A DNA stretch of 64,000 nucleotides from an uncultured Actinomycetota bacterium (GTDB lineage: Bacteria > Actinomycetota > Actinomycetes > JAHEKZ01). The first letter of the stretch is position 1. Every line of letters begins with the position of its first letter. This document shows, one piece after another, positions 49,859-58,589 of this stretch. The position numbers and the translations under genes are program-made. Where the stretch lies: NCBI GenBank assembly GCA_963743915.1, contig CAVURN010000002.1:338247-402246 (forward strand). Direction: 5' to 3'. Below the pieces are notes generated by a model. The model saw nothing but the letters and a program-made list of their open reading frames with translations, was not told the DNA's origin and ran no database searches.

Positions 49859-49891
49859 GGTCACCGCACGCGATGCGTGCGGAGGGTGACC
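49859..49891 (+). promoter_or_regulatory. Nested palindrome GGTCACC-GCACGC-GAT-GCGTGC-gga-GGGTGACC in the bldD upstream/leader region
   Basis: The inner stem is 6 bp (GCACGC/GCGTGC, loop GAT), flanked by GGTCACC/GGTGACC arms. It could be a protein operator or an RNA hairpin. Confidence 0.45.
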
Positions 49892-49980
49892 ACGGCACGG
49901 CCGGTGCGGACTGCATCGCGGCGTTCCGGGGTCATCGGGGGGATCCGACCGTGCGGTCGGGTCGGACGAAAGGTGCAGGA

Positions 49981-50472
49981 GTGACCGACTACGCCAAGGC
50001 GCTCGGGGCGCGTCTCCGGGCCATTCGACAGCAGCAGGGCCTCTCGCTCCACGGGGTGGAGGAGAAGTCGCAGGAGAAGTGGAAGGCCGTCGTCGTGGGC
50101 TCGTACGAGCGCGGCGACCGCGCCGTCACCGTCCAGAAGCTCGCCGAGCTCGCCGACTTCTACGGCGTCCCGGTCAGCGAGCTGCTCCCCGACAACAGCC
50201 CGGCGGCGGCCGCAGAGCCTCCGCCGCGCCTCGTGATCGACCTCGAGCAGCTCAGCCAGGTGCCGGCCGAGAAGGCCGGTCCCCTCGCCCGGTACGCGCA
50301 GACCATCCAGAGCCAGCGCGGCGACTACAACGGCCGCATCCTGTCCATCCGGCAGGAGGACCTGCGCACCCTCGCCGTCATCTACGACCAGTCGCCCGGG
50401 GCGCTCACCGAGCAGCTCATCAGCTGGGGCGTCCTCAACCCCGAGGCACGCCGCGCACTCCCGCTCGACTGA
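49981..50472 (+). CDS. bldD: Developmental / c-di-GMP-responsive transcriptional regulator BldD
   Basis: GTG at 49981. VTDYAKALGARLRAIRQQQGLSLHGVEEKSQEKWKAVVVGSYERGDRAVTV is near-identical to the Streptomyces BldD HTH domain. The C-domain carries RGD-X8-RQED (the RXD-X8-RXXD signature). Confidence 0.9.
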   Translation: MTDYAKALGARLRAIRQQQGLSLHGVEEKSQEKWKAVVVGSYERGDRAVTVQKLAELADFYGVPVSELLPDNSPAAAAEPPPRLVIDLEQLSQVPAEKAGPLARYAQTIQSQRGDYNGRILSIRQEDLRTLAVIYDQSPGALTEQLISWGVLNPEARRALPLD

Positions 50473-50507
50473 CGGCCACAGCCGCCGAGTGGTGCGCTCC
50501 CACCATT

Positions 50508-51595
50508 TCAGGCCGCCTGCGGGGGCCAGATCTGCCTGGAGCGCACCTCTCGACTGTGACGTTCCCGCCCGAGCACCACGAGTCCCGGAGGCGGGCGCCA
50601 GGGCTCACGCCGCCGTTGCTGCGCCCTCCTGCGCCAGCGGTCCATGAGTCCGTCTGCGTCGTGCCGCACCTCAGCGTCGCTCCAGCGCACGACGTGCAGG
50701 CCGGCCACGGTCTCCAGCCACTCCTGGCGCCGCTTCTCTGCGTACAGAGCGCCGGACGCTTGCGCTGGCACAGCCGGGGGCTCCAGCGTCTCGTCGTACT
50801 TGAGCCGGCCATCAGCCTCACCCGCGATGCCGAGGTGCAGCCACAGGTCGTCCGGACGGAACTCGACACCCTCGAAGCGGATGACGGGGTTGCAGTGCGG
50901 CATCGGCGCACCACGAACCAGCAGCTCACCGCGACCTCGTGACTCCAACGGAGACTCCGAGCAAGCGTCAGACCACATCAGGGTCCGCCTGGCACGGACG
51001 CACCCTCGGACCGGGCCGCGTGTCTCCAGCATCACCTGCATGAGGTCTCGATCCGCCCCGCGCGCGAGCGCAGCGTCGACGGTGACCAGCGCCTGCGGCT
51101 CGGGGAGGTCGACGGCGATGTCGACGGCGGTGCGTTCGAGGGTGGTGACCGCCAGACCTTCATGGACCACGACCGGTGGCGGAGTCACCGAGCGCAGGGT
51201 CCGCACGCCGACGAGTTGACAGGTGTTCCGAGGCCGCAACACTTCGGGACGGGGTGGGATCCCCGACACGGGAAGACCCCAGACCAGCGCGGCCGAGCGG
51301 AGACCCGCCACCGCCAAAGGGCTGACGGCAAGGGCGGCCGCCAGACGAGTCAGGTGGTCGCGGCGACCCGCCACCCAGACGTCGCGGACCGATCCCGAGG
51401 GCCGCGCTCCGCATGTGCAGGGGACAGGACGTACCGACCCCTTTCGACCCGCACCAGCTGACCACGACGCACCAGGCGTGCGATGTCGTGGTCGGCCAGC
51501 CCGGCGCTGGTCAGCTCCGACGCCGTGATGGCCCCTCCGCGTACGGACATGCGTCGCAGTACATGGGGTGGGAGATCTCCGGGACGTGGAGGCAT
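50508..51595 (-). pseudogene. AbiEi-type N-terminal HTH + DUF559/endonuclease-like domain protein, one frame break (about 51400)
   Basis: ORF 51350-51595 reads ...ITASELTSAGLADHDIARLVRRGQLVRVERGRYVLSP. It continues in the frame of ORF 50508-51713 as SGSVRDVWVAGRRDHLTRLAAALAVSP...LVWGLP...PDDLWLHLGIAGEADG. Confidence 0.6.
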
Positions 51596-53259
51596 CGCGA
51601 CACCATGCCCGGCGGTGCCGTCCCGTGTCCGGAGAACTTCCCTTGCTGTGGATGACGAGGGCCACGCGTGACCACGCGCCGGCCACTACCAGGTGTCGAG
51701 TGGTGCGCTGCACGCATCAGGGCCGCGTTGAAGACGTCGAATCTGCGTGGAGCGCGCCATTCGAGGATGGCGCGCGGGGACGTCAGCGGGGGTAGCCCGA
51801 TCGCCTCGTCGTCGAGCGGGCCGGTGTACGCCGGTGCTGCACCGGCCACGGCATCGCCGATCCGGTGCACGCGCATCGCGTTCGTCGATCCGGGGATGCC
51901 CGGAGGGCTGCCGGCGACGATCGTGACGTGATCACCGATGGAGCACCGGTCGAACTCCAGCAACCGTGCCTCGACCTGGCGCACCATGTGGTCGGTGTGT
52001 GTCACCGGATCGACCAGGTAGCTCTCGACGCCCCAGGTCAACGACAGCTGGTTGCGCACCTGGGGGTCAGGAGTGAAGGCCAGGAGCGGCACCGACGAGC
52101 GGTACCGCGCGAGGACCGTGGGCGTGCGCCCGGTCTCGGTGAACGCGACGAGGAACTTCGCGCCGAGCTGGTTGGCGACGTGGACCGCCGCCCGGCAGAT
52201 GGCGTCCCCCTTGGTGGTCGGCAGCCCCTCGACCCGCGGGATGCGGTCGAGTGCGGTGTCCTCGATCGACTCGATGATGCGTCCCATCGTCGCCACGGAC
52301 TCGATGGGAAAGCGTCCGATGCTCGTCTCTCCGGAGAGCATGAGGGCGTCCGCGCCGTCGAGGATGGCGTTGGCGACGTCGGACGCCTCCGCCCGGGTGG
52401 GCCGGGACGCACTGATCATCGACTCGAGCATCTGCGTGGCGACGATGACCGGCCGACCCTTCTCGCGGGCCAGGCTCACGGCGTGCTTCTGCACCAGTGG
52501 CACCTGCTCGAGCGGAAGCTCGACGCCGAGGTCGCCGCGGGCGACCATGATGCCGTCGAAGGCGTCGAGGATCTGCGGAAGGTGGGCGACGGCCTGGGGC
52601 TTCTCGATCTTGGCGATCACCGGTCGGTGGATGCCCTCGTCGTCCATCACCTCGAGCACCGGGTCGACGTCCTGAGCCGTCCGCACGAAGGAGAGCGCCA
52701 CCAGGTCGACCCCCTGACCCAGGGCCCAGCGCAGGTCGTCGACGTCCTTGTCGGACACCGCCGGGACGCTGACCATCGCGCCCGGAAGGTTGATGCCCTT
52801 GGCGTCGGAGAGCGTGCCGCCCTCGACCACGCGGGTGATGACGGCCCGGCCCTCGACCGCCTCGACCCGTAGCAGCACCCGACCGTCGTCGACCAGGATC
52901 GGGTCCCCCGCCGCGACGTCGTCGGCCAGGCCGCCGTGGGTCGTGGAGACCATCTCCTGGTCCCCCGGGACGTCCTCGGCGGTGATCACGAAGCGGGCTC
53001 CCGGGCGGAGCAGCACCGACCCGTTCGCGAACCGTCCGAGCCGGATCTTCGGGCCCTGGAGGTCCGCCAGCACGCCCACGGCGCGTCCGCTCGCCTCAGC
53101 GGCCTGCCGCACCAGGGCGATCGACCGCGCGTGGTCGGCGTGGGTGCCGTGGCTGAGGTTGATGCGCGCCACGTCGAGGCCGGACTCGACCAGCGCCGCA
53201 ACCGTGCCCAGCGTGCTGGACGCGGGGCCCAGGGTCGCGATGATCTTGGCCCGGCGCAT
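51511..53259 (-). CDS. pyk: Pyruvate kinase (core homology ends near 51830; the about 100-aa ORF tail is doubtful)
   Basis: ORF 51511-53418 trimmed to MRRAKIIATLGP (about 53259). Contains MVARGDLGVE and ends on a Pyk-like C-terminus ...STNAMRVHRIGDAV. A low-complexity extension then runs into the next gene. Confidence 0.9.
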   Translation of the reverse strand: MRRAKIIATLGPASSTLGTVAALVESGLDVARINLSHGTHADHARSIALVRQAAEASGRAVGVLADLQGPKIRLGRFANGSVLLRPGARFVITAEDVPGDQEMVSTTHGGLADDVAAGDPILVDDGRVLLRVEAVEGRAVITRVVEGGTLSDAKGINLPGAMVSVPAVSDKDVDDLRWALGQGVDLVALSFVRTAQDVDPVLEVMDDEGIHRPVIAKIEKPQAVAHLPQILDAFDGIMVARGDLGVELPLEQVPLVQKHAVSLAREKGRPVIVATQMLESMISASRPTRAEASDVANAILDGADALMLSGETSIGRFPIESVATMGRIIESIEDTALDRIPRVEGLPTTKGDAICRAAVHVANQLGAKFLVAFTETGRTPTVLARYRSSVPLLAFTPDPQVRNQLSLTWGVESYLVDPVTHTDHMVRQVEARLLEFDRCSIGDHVTIVAGSPPGIPGSTNAMRVHRIGDAVAGAAPAYTGPLDDEAIGLPPLTSPRAILEWRAPRRFDVFNAALMRAAHHSTPGSGRRVVTRGPRHPQQGKFSGHGTAPPGMVSRCLHVPEISHPMYCDACPYAEGPSRRRS

Positions 53260-53305
53260 GCGCCGAACACTACCGAGGGGCGGGTCCGGGAGGCGGACAC
53301 CACCC

Positions 53306-53334
53306 TTGTCATTCGAACAGATGTTCGATACCCT
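53306..53334 (+). promoter_or_regulatory. Promoter TTGTCA-17-TACCCT whose spacer is a perfect LexA SOS box TCGAACAGATGTTCGA
   Basis: TTGTCA is at 53306-53311, TCGAAC-AGAT-GTTCGA at 53313-53328, and TACCCT at 53329-53334. Positions were cross-checked against the translation of ORF 53309-53584. Confidence 0.8.
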
Positions 53335-53435
53335 GAACTCGTCGCACGAACGCCTCCGCGCGGGGCGCCCACTTCCTGACAGCAGCTGACGCGGTCCTCC
53401 GCACCCGGTGAGCGACACCCTCCTCCCCCCGGAGT

Positions 53436-54722
53436 GTGCGATGTCCGAACCGTCCCCCTTGGCCCGCTGGGAGGCCCCGTGGCAGCCGCCGCCGGGTCTG
53501 CGGCCCGCGCCGACCGCACCACGCTCCCCGGCTCGACCCGCTCGAGCGGGCGGTGACAGCCGCCCTCGACCTCGACGTCGACACCGCGCCTCCCCGTCAG
53601 CTCGCCGACGAGGTGGTCGAGCTCTTTCGCCAGGTCGACCGCCTGACGGCAGCAGCCCTGGACCGGCTGGCCCGCGTCGACGCGCACGGCGTCGCGGCGT
53701 CGGAGTCCGGCACGACCACTGCGTCCTGGTTGCGGCACCACACCGGTCTGCCGTCCGGAACGTCCTCGGACCTGGTGCGGGCGGCGCGGGTCGTGCGCGA
53801 ACAGCTGCCGGCGACCCGTGAGGCCCTGCGCTCCGGTGAGGTCACCGCGCAGCATGCCCGCACCATCTGTCGGACCGTGCACCTCGTCGACACGCACAGC
53901 CGTCCTGAGGTCGCTGCGCAGGCAGCGGCCGCCGTCGAGGACGTCCTCCTCACCGTGGCCAAGGCGGTCGATGCCGGTTCGCTCACGGGGTTCGCCACAC
54001 GCGTTCGCCAGGTGGTCGATCCGCAGGGCGCTCTGGCTGACGCCGCACGCGCCCACGAGAGGCGTTGGCTGAACACGGCGAAGACCGTCGACGGCATGGT
54101 GAGTGTCGACGGGCTGCTCGACCCGGAGTCGGGATCGCTCGTCCTGACGGCCTTGTCCGCGGCCTCGGGTCAACGGGGTCCCGACGACCGCCGGAGCGCC
54201 CCGCAGCGTCGTGCCGACGCCCTGGTGGAGGTCTGCCAGCACGCCCTCGACACCGGAGCCGAGCCCCACCAGGGCGGAGTCCGTCCCCACCTCCTGGTGA
54301 CGGCGCCACTGTCGGCGTTGACCGGTTCGGCCACGTCCTCGACGGACTCCGGTCCGGAGGCAGCGTGGACCGGGCCCCTGACCACAGAGGCAACCCGGCG
54401 GATCGCCTGCGACGCGTCGGTCACCCGCATCGTGCTCGAGCCCGACTCACTCCCCCTCGACGTCGGTCGCTCGACCCGCACCGTCCCCCAACACCTCCGG
54501 CACGCCCTCCTCGTCCGCGACGGTGGTTGCGTCGCGGAAGGATGTGACCGGCCACCGGCCTGGACCGAGGCGCACCACGTGGTGCACTGGGCGGAGGGCG
54601 GCGCGACCGCCCTCGACAACCTGGTGCTGCTCTGCCGCGCCCACCACCGCAAGGTGCACGAGGACGACTGGCAGTTCGAGCAGCTCGGTGCTCGCTGGCG
54701 ACTCGTCCCCCCGCCGCCGTGA
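53436..54722 (+). CDS. DUF222 / HNH endonuclease domain protein, copy 2 (N-terminus uncertain)
   Basis: 428 aa. Contains APQRRADALVEVCQ and VRDGGCVAEGCDRPPAWTEAHHVVHWAEGGATALDNLVLLCRAHHRKVHEDDW. It is a paralogue of 16959-18215. Confidence 0.88.
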   Translation: MRCPNRPPWPAGRPRGSRRRVCGPRRPHHAPRLDPLERAVTAALDLDVDTAPPRQLADEVVELFRQVDRLTAAALDRLARVDAHGVAASESGTTTASWLRHHTGLPSGTSSDLVRAARVVREQLPATREALRSGEVTAQHARTICRTVHLVDTHSRPEVAAQAAAAVEDVLLTVAKAVDAGSLTGFATRVRQVVDPQGALADAARAHERRWLNTAKTVDGMVSVDGLLDPESGSLVLTALSAASGQRGPDDRRSAPQRRADALVEVCQHALDTGAEPHQGGVRPHLLVTAPLSALTGSATSSTDSGPEAAWTGPLTTEATRRIACDASVTRIVLEPDSLPLDVGRSTRTVPQHLRHALLVRDGGCVAEGCDRPPAWTEAHHVVHWAEGGATALDNLVLLCRAHHRKVHEDDWQFEQLGARWRLVPPPP

Positions 54723-54728
54723 GCGATC

Positions 54729-55520
54729 TCAGCCGACGCCGGCACCGACCAGCGACCCCACACCCCAGGTGACCGCGGCCGCGATCCCACCGAGGGCGAG
54801 CTGACGCGTGCCGGAGTAGAACCAGGAGCGGACGGTGAGCCGCGACACGAGCACGCCCACGGCGAAGAGCGCCACGACCGACATCACCAGCGCCGGGATC
54901 AGCGACGTGGCTCCGAGCAGGTACGGCACCAGCGGGATCAGCGCGCCGACGGCGAAGGCGAGGAAGCTGGAGATGGCGGCCGTGACGGGTGACGGCAGGT
55001 CGAAGGGGTCGACGCCGAGCTCCTCGCGGACATGCACCTCCAGCGCGTTCTGCGGGTCGCGGGAGATCTCGCGCGCCACCTGTGCGGCCAGCTCGGGGCC
55101 GAGGCCGCGTCGCTCGTACGTGTCGGCCAGCTCGCGCTCCTCGGCCTCCGGTCGCACCTGCAGCTCGTGGCGCTCCAGCTCGATCTCCGCCATGGCCAGC
55201 TCGCTCTGGGAGGCGACGCTGACGTACTCGCCGACTGCCATCGAGGCCGCGCCTGCCACCAGACCGGCGAGACCGGCGATGACGACAGCCGTCGAGTCGG
55301 CTCCGGCCGCCGCGGAGCCGGCCGCGACACCGGCGATCAGCGCGAAGTTCGACACCAGGCCGTCGCTGGCGCCGAAGACCGCAGGACGCAGCCAACCTCC
55401 CGTGACGTCACGGTGTGCATGGTGGACCTCGAACCTACGTTCCTCGTCGCTCACCGCGTCCCTCTCCGTGGTCGGTCGTCGCTCCATCCTCTCCCCTGTC
55501 GGGATCTGCCGCGCGGTCAC
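54729..55520 (-). CDS. VIT1/CCC1-family iron/manganese transporter
   Basis: 263 aa (alternative start MERRP at about 55487). Contains FGASDGLVSNFALIAGVAG and a ferritin-like linker, plus C-terminal TM helices. Confidence 0.85.
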   Translation of the reverse strand: MTARQIPTGERMERRPTTERDAVSDEERRFEVHHAHRDVTGGWLRPAVFGASDGLVSNFALIAGVAAGSAAAGADSTAVVIAGLAGLVAGAASMAVGEYVSVASQSELAMAEIELERHELQVRPEAEERELADTYERRGLGPELAAQVAREISRDPQNALEVHVREELGVDPFDLPSPVTAAISSFLAFAVGALIPLVPYLLGATSLIPALVMSVVALFAVGVLVSRLTVRSWFYSGTRQLALGGIAAAVTWGVGSLVGAGVG

Positions 55521-56337
55521 CCAGCAGCTCCGCCGGGGCCTCGCGACCGGGGCGCTTCCTGGCCGACAGCATCAGGTAGACCACCGCGCCGACGAAGACG
55601 AGCAGCGACACCCACACGTTGACGCGCAGACCGGCAACCTCGTTGGCGGGGTCGATACGGATCAGCTCGATCGGGAACCGCACCACCGTGTAGAGGGCCA
55701 CGTAGAGGGCGAAGACCCGTCCGTGACCCAGCCGCCACCGCCGGTCCACCAGCACGAGCACCCCAGCGACGGCGAGCATCCAGAGCGACTCGTACAGGAA
55801 GGTGGGGTGGAACGTGCTGACGTCGAGGTACTGGGCGGGACGGTGGTCCAGGTCGATCTCGACCGCCCAGGGAAGCGTGCTGGGCGTCCCGAACAGCTCC
55901 TGGTTGAACCAGTTGCCCCACCGGCCCACCGCCTGCGCCACTGCGAGTCCCGGGGCCAGGGCATCCCCGAACGGGGGCAGCGGGATCCCCCGCCGCCGCA
56001 GCGCGATCCAAGCCCCCACTCCCCCGAGCGCGACCGCCCCCCAGATCCCGAGCCCACCCTTCCAGATCATCAGCGCCTCGAGGGGGTCGCCGCCGTCGCC
56101 GAAGTACGCCTGGGGCGAGGTGAGGACGTGGTAGAGACGCCCCCCGACGATGCCGAACGGCACCGCCCACACCGCGGTGTCCGCGACCACCCCCGCCTCC
56201 CCGCCACGGGCGCGCCACCGGCGCTCGCCGATCCAGATCGCCAGCGCGATTCCCACGATGATGGACAGGGCGTAGCCCCGCACCGGGAAGAACCCCAGGT
56301 ACCAGACGCCCTCGCTGGGGCTCGGGATGGACAGCAT
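55435..56337 (-). CDS. lgt: Prolipoprotein diacylglyceryl transferase
   Basis: ORF 55435-56580 trimmed to MLSIPSPSEGVW (about 56337). Contains GGRLYHV, WKGGLGIWG, GRWGNWFNQELFG and HPTFLYESLW. Confidence 0.93.
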   Translation of the reverse strand: MLSIPSPSEGVWYLGFFPVRGYALSIIVGIALAIWIGERRWRARGGEAGVVADTAVWAVPFGIVGGRLYHVLTSPQAYFGDGGDPLEALMIWKGGLGIWGAVALGGVGAWIALRRRGIPLPPFGDALAPGLAVAQAVGRWGNWFNQELFGTPSTLPWAVEIDLDHRPAQYLDVSTFHPTFLYESLWMLAVAGVLVLVDRRWRLGHGRVFALYVALYTVVRFPIELIRIDPANEVAGLRVNVWVSLLVFVGAVVYLMLSARKRPGREAPAELLGDRAADPDRGEDGATTDHGEGRGERRGT

Positions 56338-56351
56338 GGAGCGGACGCCGC

Positions 56352-57191
56352 CTACTGGGCGGCGATCGCCTCGTCGAGGGTCTTCTCGAACGCGGCAAGG
56401 TCGTCGACCTTCTTGCCGTCGATGAGCACGGTCGGCGTCGACGTGATGCCCGCGTCGAGCTGGCTGCTGGCCACCTGCGCGACCCAGTCGCTGTACGGCT
56501 GGTCGCGCACACACGACTCCCAGGTGTCGCCCTCGAGGCCCACCTCGTTGCCCATCGCGATCAGCGCGTCCGCATCCCACGCCTCCTGCCCCGGGTTCTC
56601 CTCCGGCTGGTTCGCGTAGACCGTCAGGTGGAAGTCGAGGGCTTCGGTCTGGCCGACGTCGGCCGCGCAGCCGAAGGCGTTGGCGGCCAGCTTCGACGAC
56701 GAGTTCCCCAGGTTCTGGTCCAGGAAGGAGAGCGGGTGGATCGTCATCGTCACGTCACCGCTGTCGACCTTGTCACGCAGCGTCTGGCCGAACTGCGCCT
56801 CGAACGCCTTGCACGACGGGCACTGGAAGTCCTCCCACAGGTCCACCTCGACCGGACCGTCGCCCGCGACGACGCCGCCCCCCTGCTCCTCGACGAGCGC
56901 CGGCAGGTCGGCCGTGGTCGGCGCGTCGTTCTGGTTGGACGCCCACCACGCGTACCCGACGATGCCGACGACCACCACGACGACCACCACCGCGATGAGC
57001 ACGTTCGAGGTCTGCCGTTTCCGGCGGTCCGCCTGGGCCTGACGCTGCCGCTCGCTGGCCAGTCGGTCCCGCGCGGCCCGCTTGCCTCCGCCGCGCCTGC
57101 TGGCTGCCCTTCTTGCCGCCGCCCTCACCTCGCCCACGCTTGCCGCCGTCGACGGGTCTCGGCCCTCGCGGGTGCGCTTGTCCTCGGTCAC
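56352..57191 (-). CDS. DsbA-family thioredoxin-fold protein with N-terminal membrane anchor
   Basis: The GTG at about 57191 overlaps the mauE-like stop. It has a basic N-terminus, one TM helix (VLIAVVVVVVVVGIVGYAWW) and a CPSC active site in LWEDFQCPSCKAFE. Confidence 0.85.
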   Translation of the reverse strand: MTEDKRTREGRDPSTAASVGEVRAAARRAASRRGGGKRAARDRLASERQRQAQADRRKRQTSNVLIAVVVVVVVVGIVGYAWWASNQNDAPTTADLPALVEEQGGGVVAGDGPVEVDLWEDFQCPSCKAFEAQFGQTLRDKVDSGDVTMTIHPLSFLDQNLGNSSSKLAANAFGCAADVGQTEALDFHLTVYANQPEENPGQEAWDADALIAMGNEVGLEGDTWESCVRDQPYSDWVAQVASSQLDAGITSTPTVLIDGKKVDDLAAFEKTLDEAIAAQ

Positions 57192-57754
57192 CGGTGCGGC
57201 TCCTCTGCTGCCTCTGGGTCTGCTGGCTCGTCTGATTCTGCTTCGTCGTCCCACTCGTCGTAGAGGCCGAGGTCCCCCGTGCCCGCCGCACCTCTGCGGT
57301 CCACGGCCCAGGCGCTGCTCGGGAAGACCACCAGCCACGCCGCCATCAGCGTGAACCCGAGGTCGCGCAGGACCACCGGCAGGTAGCTCGCCTCGCCCTC
57401 GGGGACGGCGCCCCCGCCACCGAAACAGCCGCAGTCGATCGACAGACCACGGGCCCACGCCGACACCACACCGACGACGAAGGCTGTCATCAACGCGCCG
57501 GTGAAGATCGCCATGAGCCGGGTGGCGATGCCGAGGACGAGAGCGATCCCGATCGCGACCTCGAGCAGCGGCAGCGCGTAGCCGACCAGCTCCCCCGCTC
57601 GCGGCGGCAGGATCTGGTACGCCTGGACCGCCTGCGCCGCCTGCACCGGCTCGGTGATCTTCAGGCCACCGGCCACGATCAGGACGCCACCGAGGCCGAC
57701 CCTCACCAGCGTGGAGATCCACTCCTGGACCCGGGAACCGGTGAAGCGCCTCAC
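57188..57754 (-). CDS. MauE/DoxX-family redox-associated membrane protein
   Basis: 188 aa with four TM helices, a Cys pair SIDCGCFGGG and an acidic C-terminal tail. The start overlaps the trpA stop. Confidence 0.8.
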   Translation of the reverse strand: MRRFTGSRVQEWISTLVRVGLGGVLIVAGGLKITEPVQAAQAVQAYQILPPRAGELVGYALPLLEVAIGIALVLGIATRLMAIFTGALMTAFVVGVVSAWARGLSIDCGCFGGGGAVPEGEASYLPVVLRDLGFTLMAAWLVVFPSSAWAVDRRGAAGTGDLGLYDEWDDEAESDEPADPEAAEEPHR

Positions 57755-58589
57755 CTGGCCCCGCCCACCGTCTGGGACGCGGAGCGATCGATCCCGGCAC
57801 GCAACGCACGGGCCAGCGCGCGGACCCGCTCCACGCCCTCCTCCTCGTCGGGCGCGTCGAGCAGGGCGCGCACGAACGCCGAGCCCACGATGACCCCGTC
57901 CGCGAAGCGGGCCACGTCGGCGGCCTGCTCCCCGGTCGAGACCCCCAGTCCCACGCAGACGGGAAGGTCGGTGACCGCCCGGGTGCGGGCCACCAGTGAT
58001 TCAGCGGCGGGACCGACCTGATCACGCGCGCCGGTGACCCCCATCACCGCGGCGGCGTAGACGAAGCCGGAGGACGCGGCGGTGGTCAGCGCGATCCGCT
58101 CGGCGGTCGAGGACGGAGCGACCAGGAAGATCCGTCGAGAGCTGTGCGGTGCTGCTGGCCTCGATCCACGCCCCGGCCTCGTCAGGGGTGATGTCGGCGG
58201 TGATGACGCCGCAGCCGCCGGCCTCCGCGAGCTCGGCGGCGAACCGGGCGACGCCGTACCGCTCGATCGGGTTCCAGTAGCTCATCACCATCGTGGGGGC
58301 ACCGGTCGCCGCGACCTGCGCGACGGTGGCCATCACGTCGGCGGTGGTGACGCCGCCCGGCCAGTGCACGGTCCACGGCCGCCTGGATCGTCGGACCGTC
58401 GAGCAGCGGGTCGGAGTAGGGCAGCCCCACTTCGAGGGCGTCCACGCCGCCCTCGACCATCGCCGACATCGCCGCGACCGAACCGCTCACCGAGGGGAAC
58501 CCGGCCGGCAGGTAGCCGATCAGCGCCGCGCGCCCCTCCGCACGGGTGCGCGCGAAGAGCTGGGACAGCGCGGTGCCATGGGTGCTCAC
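57751..58589 (-). pseudogene. trpA: Tryptophan synthase alpha chain, two frame breaks (about 58372, about 58135)
   Basis: The pieces are [43 protein letters not shown] / GGVTTADVM..VMSYWNPI..GVITADITPDEA / RRIFLVAPSS..GFVYAAAVMGVTGAR..GVIVGSAFV. Confidence 0.92.

Noticed and set aside
50508-51595. AbiEi-like gene as a type IV toxin-antitoxin or abortive-infection system.
   Set aside because: Only the N-terminal HTH resembles AbiEi. The C-terminal part is DUF559/endonuclease-like. There is no AbiEii nucleotidyltransferase partner and no neighbouring defence genes.
56352-58025. 557-aa ORF suggesting a very large DsbA-like protein.
   Set aside because: The N-terminal 280 aa or so are an out-of-frame reading of the mauE-like and trpA genes (Arg/Gly/Pro-rich nonsense). 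The real gene starts at the GTG at about 57191.
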